Shown here: piece by piece, positions 21,090 through 32,740 of the stretch
Numbering within the stretch: position 1 is the first letter of the stretch
Layout of the letters: every line of letters begins with the position of its first letter
Origin: Octopus bimaculoides
Taxonomy: Eukaryota
Direction of reading: 5' to 3'
Assembly: GCF_001194135.2 (NCBI RefSeq)
Contig: NC_068998.1
Coordinates: forward strand, 29,297,427-29,331,093
DNA: 33,667 nt
Made by a program: the position numbers and the translations under genes
The notes under the pieces: generated by a model
The model's input: the letters and a program-made list of their open reading frames with translations, nothing else
What the model was told of the DNA's origin: nothing
Database searches by the model: none

Positions 21090-24000
21090 CAGTACTGGAA
21101 GTCCCTATCCGCTCACCCCCACCAGCAGTACTGGAAGTCCCTATCCTCTCACCCCTACTACCAGTACCGGAAGTCCCTATCCTCTGACAGCCTTCGGTTG
21201 TCTCCCATGAGCACTTCTAAAGGCTTAATGCCATCCCCACCCCTACTTAGGGTCTATCTCCTATGTAAGGTTCTGATCATATAGTGCATAAAAATGATGG
21301 TGTAGTGTATACAGGTTGAAGGCTGTTGTTTGTTTATGAATTCTGCCAAATGCGAGCTTTCTTTTCAGGTACATGACGTTGCTGTCCCCCATCCCAGGGT
21401 CAGATGGGCCCATACCTCCCACACCCTCAGGGTTGGCACACTCAACGTGGGCACACTGAAAGGTAGGTCTGGTGAGATTGTTGAGATCCTTGATCAGGGA
21501 TGTGTAGATCTGGGCTGCATTCAAGAAGTAAGGTGGAGAGGAGGCCCTGCTAGGTTTCTCGCAGGCAAAGAACATAAGTACAAGATCTTCTGGGAAGGGA
21601 ACACTGGCGGGGTCGGGGGCAAGGTAGTCAGAGTCTGGGATAGAATACTTAGTATTCTATCGCAGACTCTGACTATCTTGATTACCTTAAGATTAAATTA
21701 GTGCTACATTTTGGGTTAGCAACCATTATCTTGACCTATGCCCCTCAGCCAGGGCTACCTAATGGACAGAAAGACCAATTTTATGACACCCTCTTGCTGA
21801 CTACCTCGTCAACGAATGACAGGGACCTTCTGTTTGTGGCTGGTGATTTCAATGGACATGTTGGACAACATGCAGGAGGCTTCCATGGCATACATGGAGG
21901 CTATGGTTTTGGTTCCCGCAATAAGGAGGGAACTAGGCTGCTGGAGTTCTGTGATGCAAATGATCTTATGGTTTCCAATACTAACTTCAGAAAATCTGCC
22001 AGTCACCTAGTCACCTACCGATCTGGTAAACACACTAGTCAGATTCACTACATTCTCACCAGGAAAAGGGAAAGATGGCTATTTATAAATGCCAAAACCT
22101 TCCCAGGTGACGAAAGTACACGACAACATAGACTAGTAGTTAGCGACTTCAGGATCAGGGCTAAATGGATGCCCAGAAGACGACCAGCATGGAGGAGAAG
22201 GGTCTGGAAGCTTAAAGATCCAGCGAATGGACAGAGATTTAGAGACGTATCACTTGAAGTTTTTGATGAAATAGAGGGGGATATAGCATCACCCGACATG
22301 GAAGACAAGGGCCACTGACCAGATCTGTGGATGGTGCAAAGTACCCTTTCGACCCAAGGTAACGTGGTGGTGGAACAATGTTGTTGACAGGGCCATTAGG
22401 GAAAAGAAAGAGGCTTGGATGGACTGGAAGAATGGTGGTAGCAGGGAATCATATCAGACTGCCAAAAGGGAAGCTAAGAGACAGGTTTATTTTAGCCAGG
22501 GGGGAAGCAGATAAGAAAACATTTGCCAATGTTTTGTACCATGAGGACCAAAGACTTGAGGTATTTCATGCTGAGAAAGAATCGTAATGTCATAGGAGAG
22601 AAATGTGTTCGCATGGATGATGGTCCACTTGCATTAAACGAGGCTGCAAAGAGAGAAGTATGGAGGTGCCACTATGAAAGGTTGCTAAATAAAGAGAATG
22701 AATGGGAGAAAGAGAGCCTACTGAATGTCGACCCAACAGAGGGACCAGCTATCTGAATTGACAGTGCCTTGGTAGATAGAGTAAAGGGTACAAAGACAGG
22801 GAAAGCCCTCGGCCCATCAGGAATCGCTGCAGAGATGCTCAAAATATCTGGCAGTGTCGGTTATAGCCTAGTCACCCGTATAGTCAATCAGGTTATACAT
22901 GAAGGAGTCGTACCCAACGACTGTGTAGCAGCACTATAGACAACTGCTATAAAGATAAAGGTGATGCATTAGATACAAATAATTAGAAGCATCAAGCTGT
23001 TGGGTCAGGTAATGAAAGTCACGGAGGGGGTTGTAGCCCAACTAATTAGGGAGGGGATCAGTCTAGACGAGATGCAGTTTGGGTTTATGCCAGGGAAAAA
23101 ACACCACTGATGCTATATTTCTGGTAAGACACCTGCAGGAGAAATACCTAGCCAAAGATAAAATCCTGTACCCGGCTTTCGTTGACTTGGAGATAGCCTT
23201 CGACAGGGTCCCCCGATCCCTTATCTGGTGGTCAATGAGGAAACTAGGCATAGATGAATGGTTAGTGGGAACTGTGCAAGCCATGTAGAGGGACGCTGTC
23301 AGTAAGGTGAGGGTTGGCAACGAGTACAGTGAAGAATTCCAGGTAGAGGTAGGGGTCCACCAAGGTTCCGTCCTCAGCCACCTCATATTTACCATAGTCC
23401 TCCAGGCGATCACAGAGGAATTCAAGACAAGTTGCCCCTAGGAGCTCTTCTATGCTGATGACCTTGCACTAATTGCTGAGTCACTATCAGAACTAGAGGA
23501 GAATTTTCAAGTGTAGAAGCAAAGAATTAGAATTGAAGGGCCTTAGAGTCAACCTAGCTAAAACCAAAGTCCTAATAAGTAGGAAGGTAGACAAAACACA
23601 AACCGCTTCAGGTAGATGGCCCTGCTCGATCTGTAGAAAAGGTGTAGGTAGAAACTCTATAAGATGTACCCAGTGTAAGCTATGGACACATAAGAGGTGC
23701 AGCAATATCAAAGGAAGGCTAACTAGGAAGTTAGTTTTTGTATGTGGCAGATGTTCAGGAGCAATAAACACTGGGAATGTGCAAAAAACAACTTCCGTCA
23801 CATTCCAGGGAGAAAAACTAGATGTAGTTGACAGCTTCCGCTATCTAGGTGACCAAGTCAGTAGCGGGAGTGGATGCTCTGAAAATGTAGCTGCTAGAAT
23901 AAGAATAATCTGAGCAAAGTTCAGAGAGTTCCTACCTCTGCTGGTGACAAAGGGCCTCTCGCTCAGAGTAAAAGGTAGACTGCATGATGCATGTGTACGA

Positions 24001-24990
24001 ACAGCCATGCTACATGGCAGTGAAACATGAGCTGTGACTGCTGAGGACACGTGTAAGCTTGCAAGGAATTAAGCCAGTATGCTCTGCTGGATGCGTAATG
24101 TTATTGTGCATACACGACAGAGCGTAAATGCCTGGAGAGAAAAATTAGACCTAAGAAGCATCAGATGTGGTGTGCAAGTGAGACGACTGTGCTGGTATGG
24201 TCATGTGGTGTGAATGGATGAGGACAGCTGTGTGAAAAAGTTGAAGGAATCTGTGAAAGAGGAAGACCTGAGATGAGGTAGTGAAGCATGACCTTCGAAC
24301 ATTGGGCCTCACCAAGGTAATGACTAGTGACCAAGACCTTTGGAAATATGCTGTACTTGAGAAGACCCGGCAAGCCAAGTGAGACCATAACCCGTGACCT
24401 CTGCCAGCAGTGTAACCAGCCTACTTATGCGTATCTTTCTTTCGTTGAACACTAAACTTTGCTTGTAAAGACCTGTTGAGGCAAGTGAAATCACAATCAA
24501 AATCAAATTCAGTGACATGGCCGATGACAGCACCGCCTGACTGGCACCTGTGCCAGTGGAACATTAAAGCACCATCCGAGTGTGATCATTGCCAGGGTCG
24601 CTGACTGGCTTTCGTGCTGGTGTCACATAAAAAGCACAATTTGAGTGTGATCGTTACCAGCGTCACCTTACTGGCACTTGTGCCAGTGGCATGTAGAAAA
24701 CAACATTTGAGTGAGGTCGTTGCCAGTTCCGCTGGACTGGCTCCTGTACAGGTGGCACATAAAAAACACCATTTGAGTGTGCCATCACTAGTACCATCTG
24801 ACTGGCCCTCATGCCGGTGGTATGTAAAAAGCACCCACTACACTCTCGGAGTGGCTGGCATTAGGAAGGGCATCCAGCTGTAGAAACTCTGCCAGATCAG
24901 ATTGGAGCCTAGTGCAGCCATCTGGCTCGCCAGTCCTCAGTCAAACCGTCCAACCCATGCCAGCATGGAAAGCAGGCGTTAAACGATGAT
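21090..24990 (+). mobile_element. Near full-length RTE-clade LINE (APE endonuclease, RT with internal PHD finger, about 600-nt 3' UTR, (GAT)n tail), pseudogenised
   Basis: LRVGTLNVGTL, IQEVRW, VAGDFNGHVG, TRQHRLVVSD, GKALGPSG, FVDLEIAFDRVPR, GVHQGS, YADD at 23451-23462, PHD at 23623-23754, FRYLGD, ORF end tga at 24380-24382; multiple stops and frameshifts. 5' boundary uncertain. Confidence 0.92.
24528..24835 (+). repeat. 65-66-bp tandem minisatellite in the RTE 3' UTR
   Basis: Units start at 24569, 24634, 24700 and 24766, with a partial unit before. Confidence 0.85.
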
Positions 24991-25199
24991 GATAATGGTA
25001 GTAGTGTTTTATATAAGATTTTATCTTATACATGCCTATAACAAACTTTTTACTTATTATTTTTATATATANNNNNNNNNNNNNNNNNNNNNNNNNNNNN
25101 NNNNNNNNNNNNNNNNNNNNNNNNNNNNNNNNNNATATATATATATATATATATATATAAATGTGTGTGTGTGTGTGTATGTGTGTGTGTGTGTATGCA

Positions 25200-25370
25200 T
25201 AAGAGGATGTAGCATGGTTTTGTCATGTGATACATATGTATGAAAATCACTAAAAGGGAATGGAACATGAGGGAGAGGGAGTTCCAGGAAGATGTGGCAC
25301 CAAGTAGTAAAAGCTGATTTCAAAATGTTGAGCCTCTCAGAGGAACTGACAACGGGCCAAGATTACTGTC
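25200..25370 (+). mobile_element. Old RTE C-terminal fragment
   Basis: AWFCHVIHMYEN and a frameshifted ...RKMWHQVVKADFKMLSLSEELT. Confidence 0.5.
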
Positions 25371-26221
25371 AGTCTGTGATGGCAAAAGTAAGGTCCTAAA
25401 AGCATTATGCTTATGCCTGTACATGCTGGGCCCTGCACCCAATCTGCCTACATACAGCATTCCCCCACATCGCATTGTCCTGACACTTATTTCTCCATCA
25501 CTCCTCTAACTGTGGATCAACTTCAGCTGTTGTAAACACTTAAAAAGCAGAATCAGCACATAATTCGTCCCCACTTTTACACTATTAGTTACCTTATTTT
25601 TAAATTCTACCCCTCATTCTCATTATCATCCCTTCATAAAACTACTTTCCATTTCTGTGCTACCATTTATCTCTCCACCACATTGAGCTACATTTTAAGT
25701 CCACCATACTTCACCTTTAACGCCTTTCCTATCAGCTATCATTCTCAGTACCCTTTCATATCTGCCAATGATTCCCCGCCCACTTTTGTTTCCCCATTGT
25801 TTGTAGCTACCTCATATACTTCTGACCTCTATCTCTGCCACTGTTCGTCTTCTCCCTCTTCTCTCCACTCTCACAGCCTGCACATCACCCCCACTACTTT
25901 CTGATCTATCTACAATTTTATGATACTGCTGTTCTCCAAACACTCCCTACCACTGCTTGTTACCTCCTCCTTCCTGCCCTCTCCATACTTATATTTACTA
26001 TTAACCATACTTTCACCCTTGTTCATCATACCATTCACTACAGCCACGGCTAGCCTTATCTCTAACCATCTGTCACTCTCTTATGAAATTACTTCCCTCC
26101 TGATCCACAGCATATATTTTCTTTATATTAACTTTCAAGTACTTTGAGTGTATGCTCAAGCATTCCATCATCACTATCTTTAGCTCCCTTCCAGCTACTT
26201 CCAACTACCCTCATATAATAT

Positions 26222-26570
26222 GGGGTAGTTATGTATTTCTTCTATAGCAAGACATTTGTGCTTGTCCCTACATCATACTTTAACCTTCAATACATGACAG
26301 AGAACCACATACCCTTCCCTCAGATAAACTCCCACATAGTGAGGGTACTTGCAAATTATTTGGAAACTTCACATCCCCAATTCATGAAAAAAGTACCCAG
26401 TACATACTGTAAAGTGGTTGATGTTAGGAAAGGCATCCAGCTGTAGAAAACATACCAAACCTGACATTGGGGCCTGATGTAGCTCTGATGCTCATCAGAT
26501 CCTGTCAAACCATCCAACTCATGCCAGCATGGAAAATAGATGTTAGATGATAATGAAGATAATAATGATG
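26222..26570 (+). mobile_element. Non-autonomous retroposon with RTE-type tail, copy 2
   Basis: ggggtagttatgtatttcttctatagcaagaca vs gggtagccatgtatttcctctacagtaagaca at 8030; same tail. Confidence 0.7.
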
Positions 26571-26637
26571 TTTTAAATAAAATTTTCAACAAAAAAGGTT
26601 ATGATAAAATAAAAAATAAAATCATAAAAACTTTTAC

Positions 26638-26688
26638 CTCTTTTGGATGCTTTTCGAGTTTTTCTAATTTTTTCTTTTCTCTTTGTCT
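26638..26688 (-). CDS. Internal coding exon of host gene (RQREKKKLEKLEKHPKE; phase 0 to 0)
   Basis: gttcttctgttttag|AGA...AAAGAG|gtaaaa; 51 nt, open, charged helical peptide. Confidence 0.7.
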
Positions 26689-27149
26689 CTAAAACAGAAG
26701 AACATGGAATTATATACTGTTGTTTTCCTTTGTTTTTGTCTCTCTGTCAATTTACAATTCAATTTACAATCCTCTCTTTTTCTCTCTGATATCATGGACT
26801 ATGGATAATGGATGTATCATTTATGATAGGCAAAATTTCAACTTCTGTCGGTAACCTTTATAGAGCGACAGACAACTAGGCATGTGATTTTAACTGAATT
26901 TCCTTTTCAGTCCCACCCATTCCTCACCATCACTTTTGTGAAAGAGGGTCGAGCACATGTGCACATACTACTTGTTTATGTGCATAGAACTATGGACATA
27001 TATTTGAGCACATAATTATATGTATGTGTATGTATATTTTATATGATCTATGTGCATACCTGTGAAGGCTTTACGGGACTGAAGAGAATAGAAACTGTAA
27101 TCATAATTCATGCTGCACCTTCTACCTGTATCTCCTTACACTAATCACA

Positions 27150-29700
27150 AGGACCCACTGCCTCAAGGTAAGCAACCTAAAAGATGTATTCCTTTCCAGA
27201 GGATGAAAACATCCCCCACAAGCTCATACTCGCCTTCACAGGTCTACAAGCTCGGGGCTGCCACAATCAACATTAGAACAATGCAAGGTATGTCTGGAGA
27301 GATTGTTGAAATTCTTGAACAGAGGTGTGTAGATCTGTGCTGTGTAGGAGAGGTGTGATGGAGGTGAGCCTCAGCTAGACATTGGGTAAAAAACATAAAT
27401 ACAAGTTTTTCTAAGTGGGTAGCAATGATGGTCTAGGTGGTGTAGGTATTTTTCTGGCAGAGAAATGGGTGGATAAGGTGACTGAGGTGGTCAGAGTATG
27501 GCATAGGGTTATTAAGTTAAGAACAGCCTTATTTAATGTAACAGTGTCATTTATCTCTGCATATGCTCCAGATGTCAGACTCGCAGATATTCAGAAGGAC
27601 CATTTCTTTGAATCCCTACTGTGGGCTACTTCAATGATGTAAGACAATGACATTCTCATCATGACAGAGACTTTAATGGCCATGTTAGAAAAGACACCAA
27701 TGGATTACAGAGTGTGCATGAAGGCTACAGCTCGGCCCTAGAAATGAGTAGGGAACAAGGCTACTGGAGTTTTGTGACACACATGGCTTACTGGTCTGCA
27801 ACACCAACTTCAGGAAACCTGCCAGTCATCTGATCACTTATCAGTCTAGTGGGTACACCAGCCAAATAACTACATCTTCACCAGAAACAGGGAAAATGCT
27901 CGTAAATGCAAAATCTTTCCCAGGTGAAGAATGTACAACTCAACATAGGTTAGCAACTTCAGACTTAGGGTTAGAAGGATCTAGAATTACAAACTAGGAT
28001 GGAAAAAGAGGCTAAGGAATCTCAAGAATATTTTCAAATAGGCAGAGATTTAGAGATGTTCTTAATGAAGCCTTTGTTGAGAAGGAGGAAGAAATAGAAA
28101 CATATGACATGGAGTACAACTGGAAGTTCTTATGAGACAATCTACTGAGGATAACAGATCAAGTATGTGGTTGGAGTAAAGCCTGTCAGATCAAGGGTGA
28201 CATTGTGGTGGAACAATGAGGTTGACAGGGATATAAAAAAGAAGAGATGGGTCTGGAAAGAATGAAAAAGTGAAGGTAGCAAAGAACAATATCAGATAGC
28301 TAAAAGGGGAGACAGACATCAGGTCTGTCTAGCTAGGGAAGATGCAGAAAGAAGAGGTTTGCCAATGTCCTACAGCATGAAAATCAGAGACTTGAGGTAT
28401 TCCAGATTGCTAGACAGTGTGTCAGAAAGAATCAAAATGTTGTGGGAGAGAGAAGTGTGTATGGATGGATAATGTTATGCTTGCACTTAAAGATTCTGAA
28501 AAGAAAGGGGCAAAGAAGAGTTACTATGCAAGGCTTTTAAATGAGGAGAATGAAGGGGATAAAGGGAGTCTCCCTCATGGCAACCCAACAGAGGGACCAG
28601 CTATTCTAGCAGACAGCATCATGATAGATAAGGCAATTAAATATATGAAGACAGGGAAAGCTCCTGGTCTATCAGGAGTCACTGTAGAGATGCTCAAAAT
28701 ATCTGGTAGAGTAGGATACAAGTTAGTCACCTGCATAGTTAATCCAGTTATTCAGGAAGGTGTAATACCCAATGACTGGTGTAGCAGCATTATTGTTAGC
28801 TGCTACAAGGCTAAGGGATATACCTTAGATGGAAGCAATTATAGAAATTATGAAAATTACAGAGAAAGTTATAGCCCAATTAACTAGGAGCAAAATTAGA
28901 CTAGATGAAATGCAGTTTGGCTTCATCTGATGCCATTTTCATAGTCAGGCAACCACAAGAAAAATATTTAACTAAGAACAAGACATTACACTTGGAAATT
29001 GTTGATCTAGAGAAAGCTTTTAATAGGGTACTCCGATGTCTGATATGGTAGGCTCTGAGGAAGCTAGGGGCAGATGAGTGGCTTGTGAAAGCTGTACAGA
29101 GGTGCTGTCAGTAAGGTGGGAGTTAACCATGAGTACAGTGATGAATTTGCTGAACAGGTAGGTGTTCTTCAGGGCTTAGTTCTTAGTCCCCTCTTTTTCA
29201 TCATTGTACTCCATGCCATAATAAAAGAATTCAAGATTGGCTGCTCCTTGGATTCTGTATCAGAGCTAGAAAACAAATTCCAGGTGTGGAAGCAAAACCT
29301 GGAAATGAAGGGCCTAAAGGTTAACTTAAGACTAAGGTTTTAGTAAGCAAAAAACAAACAGGACCCTACATGCCTCAAACCAATGGCCCTGTTCAAAACG
29401 TAGGAACAGTATAGGCAGGAATTCCATATGACATAGCCAGTGCAAGCTATGGACACACAAGAGGTATAATGGAATAATAAGAAGATTAACGGAGACAGTA
29501 GTGTTTGTATGTGGAAGATGCACAGGAACCATAAAAACTACAAATACTCAGAAAATTGATTTTCTGAAATGCCCCAGCCATAGAAACCAAGCCAAATGAG
29601 ACTGGAATGTGGTGCAGCTCCCTACCTTGCCAGCTCTGGTCAGACCATCTGATCGATGTCAGCATGGAAAAAGGATGTGAAATGATGATGATTGAAGATG
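27150..29700 (+). mobile_element. Older, internally deleted RTE-PHD LINE copy
   Basis: ATINIRTMQG, VDLCCVGEV, GKAPGLSG, DLEKAFNRV, GVLQGLVLSP; PHD remnant about 29390-29521; jumps from FLKCP to the 3' tail ending gatgatgattg. Confidence 0.85.
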
Positions 29701-29862
29701 GTAAAAAAGCTTCACAATACTTGTAATAAAACAACTACAGGTTGAGCCCAAATAATTCCACAAAAACCAAAATTTGATATATTTATGTAAATAGGTTCCT
29801 TATCGGATAACTTATATAAAAATATTATCAGAATGAGAATGTTCTTGCAAGTTTTATTACTA

Positions 29863-29906
29863 ACTAGCAGAGATACCCGGCCTTGCTCAGGATTAAAATG
29901 GCATAG
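29863..29906 (-). mobile_element. Helitron-type 3' terminus, second copy
   Basis: actagcagagatacccggccttgctcaggattaaaatggcatag is the reverse complement of 14359-14402 with two mismatches. Confidence 0.65.
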
Positions 29907-30190
29907 TTTTTTTTATTGTTTTATTTGTTTCAGTCATGTGACTGCAGTCACACTGGAGCACCGCCTTTGGTCAAAAAAATTGACCATTGGATTTATTCTT
30001 TGTAAGCCTAGTACTTATTCTATCAGTGTCTTTTACCAAACTGCTAAGTTATGGGAATGTAAACACAGCAACATTGGTTGTCAAGCAATGGTGGGGATAC
30101 ACACAGACATTCACATATACACGACAGTCTTCTTTCAGTTTCAGTGTAAAAAAAACCCACTCACAAAGCTTCAGTTGGCCTGAGGCTATA
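29907..30190 (-). mobile_element. SINE tail plus central domain, head lost at (AT)n/gap
   Basis: Reverse complement of the tail family plus ccactcacaaagctt...gcctgaggctata as at 15110-15143. Confidence 0.8.
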
Positions 30191-30671
30191 ATGTATATAT
30201 ATATATATATNNNNNNNNNNNNNNNNNNNNNNNNNNNNNNNNNNNNNNNNNNNNNNNNNNNNNGATGGCGATATTTATGGCACACATAGAAAAAACCGGA
30301 GGGAAAAGCGTAAACAAACCAAGCCTTTAGTTAATTGGATACGAATCGTTTCATGGTTAAGTGAATGGAAATTTCACTATTCCAATCTTCAGCCCAAATA
30401 TTCTGATAAATTTGAAAGTGTCTCTAAAAAAATTCACGGTAATTTTTGGCCATGCGACACCAAAAATCAACGATAGGAAAGGCACTTACGAATTCATCGG
30501 CTAGCGAGTTCAGGCACCTCACCTCAAAGAAATCTATTCCATGTGCGTCACAAATAGTCCCGTATGAAAAGAAGTCCCGTGTGGAGGGATTTATGGTTTA
30601 ACCATCTAACTTAGAGATATCAAATATAAAATAAAATTCTCTGCCCTTATTCTTGTATATTTTATATTTGA

Positions 30672-31868
30672 TAAGAGGTACAGCAATATCAAAGGAAGGT
30701 GAACTAGGAAGATAGCTATTGTATGTGGCAGATGCTCAGGAGCAATAAACACTGAAAATGTGCAGAGAACAACTTCTGCCACATTCCAGGGAGAAAAACT
30801 AGAAGTAGTTGACAGCTTCCGTTACCTTGGTGACCAAGTTAGTAGCTGGGGTGGGTGCGCTGAAAGTGTAGCTGCTAGAATAAGAATAGCCTGGGCAAAG
30901 TTCAGAGAGCGCCTACCTCTGCTGGTGACAAAGGGCCTCTCGCTCAGAGTAAAAGGCAGACTGTATGATGCTTGTGTGCAAACAGCTATGCTACATGGCA
31001 GTGAAACATGGGCCGTAACTGCTGAATACATGCGTAAGCTCGCAAGGAATGAAGCCAGTATGCTCCACTCGATGTGTAATGTCAGTGTGCATACTAGACA
31101 GTGTATAAGTGCCTTGAGAGAAAAGGTGGACCTAAGAAGCATCAGATGTGGTGTGCAAGAGAGACAACTGCGCTGGTATGATCATGTGGTACAAATGGAT
31201 GAGGATAGCTATGTAAAAAAAGTGTCACACCATAGCAGTTGAGTGAAACTGTGGAAGAGTTAGACCCAGGAAGCACAACCTTCAAACATTAGGCCTCACC
31301 GAGGCAATGACTAGTGACCGAGACCTTTGGAAATATGCTGTGGTGAAGAAGACCCAGCAGGCCAAGTGAGACCATAACCTGTGGCCTATGCCGGTGGTGT
31401 AACCAGCCCATTTAGGCGTACCCTTCTTTCATTGGAAACTAAACTATGCTTGTGAAGACCTGTTGAGGCAAGTGAAATCGGAATTGAATTCGATGATAGC
31501 ACTGCAAGACTGGCATCCATGCCAGTGGATCACTAAGAGCACCATCCAAGCGTGATCGTGGCCAGGGCCGCTACGTGACCCCTTCAAGCGTGATCGTTAC
31601 CAGCATCGCCTTAATGGCACTTGTGCTGGTGGTACGTGGAAAACACCATTTGAGCGTGACCATTGCCAGTACCGCCTGACTGGCCCTCATGCTGGTTCCA
31701 TGTAAAAGCACCCACTACACTCTCGAAGTGGTTGACATTAGGAAGGGCATCCAGCCGTAGAAACTCTGCCAGATCAGATTGGAGCCTGGTGCAGCCTAGT
31801 CCCCACTCAAACTGTCCAACCCATGCCAGTATGGAAAGCGGACGTTAAATGATGATGATGATGATGAT
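30672..31868 (+). mobile_element. 5'-truncated RTE-PHD LINE copy with 3' UTR and (GAT)n tail
   Basis: Starts mid-PHD; ORF 30760..31242 (EKLEVVDSFRYLGD...AMLHGSETW...LRWYDHV); UTR and tail collinear with 24383-24990. Confidence 0.9.
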
Positions 31869-31884
31869 ATACACATACATATAT

Positions 31885-31915
<31 letters not shown>

Positions 31916-32740
31916 NNNNNNNNNNNNNNNNNNNNNNNNNNNNNNNNNNNNNNNNNNNNNNNNNNNNNNNNNNNNNNNNNNNNNNNNNNNNNNNNNNNNN
32001 NNNNNNNNNNNNNNNNNNNNNNNNNNNNNNNNNNNNNNNNNNNNNNNNNNNNNNNNNNNNNNNNNNNNNNNNNNNNNNNNNNNNNNNNNNNNNNNNNNNN
32101 NNNNNNNNNNNNNNNNNNNNNNNNNNNNNNNNNNNNNNNNNNNNNNNNNNNNNNNNNNNNNNNNNNNNNNNNNNNNNNNNNNNNNNNNNNNNNNNNNNNN
32201 NNNNNNNNNNNNNNNNNNNNNNNNNNNNNNNNNNNNNNNNNNNNNNNNNNNNNNNNNNNNNNNNNNNNNNNNNNNNNNNNNNNNNNNNNNNNNNNNNNNN
32301 NNNNNNNNNNNNNNNNNNNNNNNNNNNNNNNNNNNNNNNNNNNNNNNNNNNNNNNNNNNNNNNNNNNNNNNNNNNNNNNNNNNNNNNNNNNNNNNNNNNN
32401 NNNNNNNNNNNNNNNNNNNNNNNNNNNNNNNNNNNNNNNNNNNNNNNNNNNNNNNNNNNNNNNNNNNNNNNNNNNNNNNNNNNNNNNNNNNNNNNNNNNN
32501 NNNNNNNNNNNNNNNNNNNNNNNNNNNNNNNNNNNNNNNNNNNNNNNNNNNNNNNNNNNNNNNNNNNNNNNNNNNNNNNNNNNNNNNNNNNNNNNNNNNN
32601 NNNNNNNNNNNNNNNNNNNNNNNNNNNNNNNNNNNNNNNNNNNNNNNNNNNNNNNNNNNNNNNNNNNNNNNNNNNNNNNNNNNNNNNNNNNNNNNNNNNN
32701 NNNNNNNNNNNNNNNNNNNNNNNNNNNNNNNNNNNNNNNN

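Noticed and set aside
24528-24835. Regularly spaced repeats resembling a CRISPR array
   Set aside because: Whole units repeat with no unique spacers, there are no cas genes, and the array lies in a eukaryotic LINE 3' UTR.
25480-26220. Pyrimidine-rich tract possibly encoding an ancient minus-strand RTE endonuclease
   Set aside because: Only vague similarity (VQAVRV vs VQEVRW); too decayed to support.
1960-26688. Naming the host gene (REKKKL recalls ciliary coiled-coil proteins such as AHI1)
   Set aside because: A six-residue charged match is not evidence of orthology.
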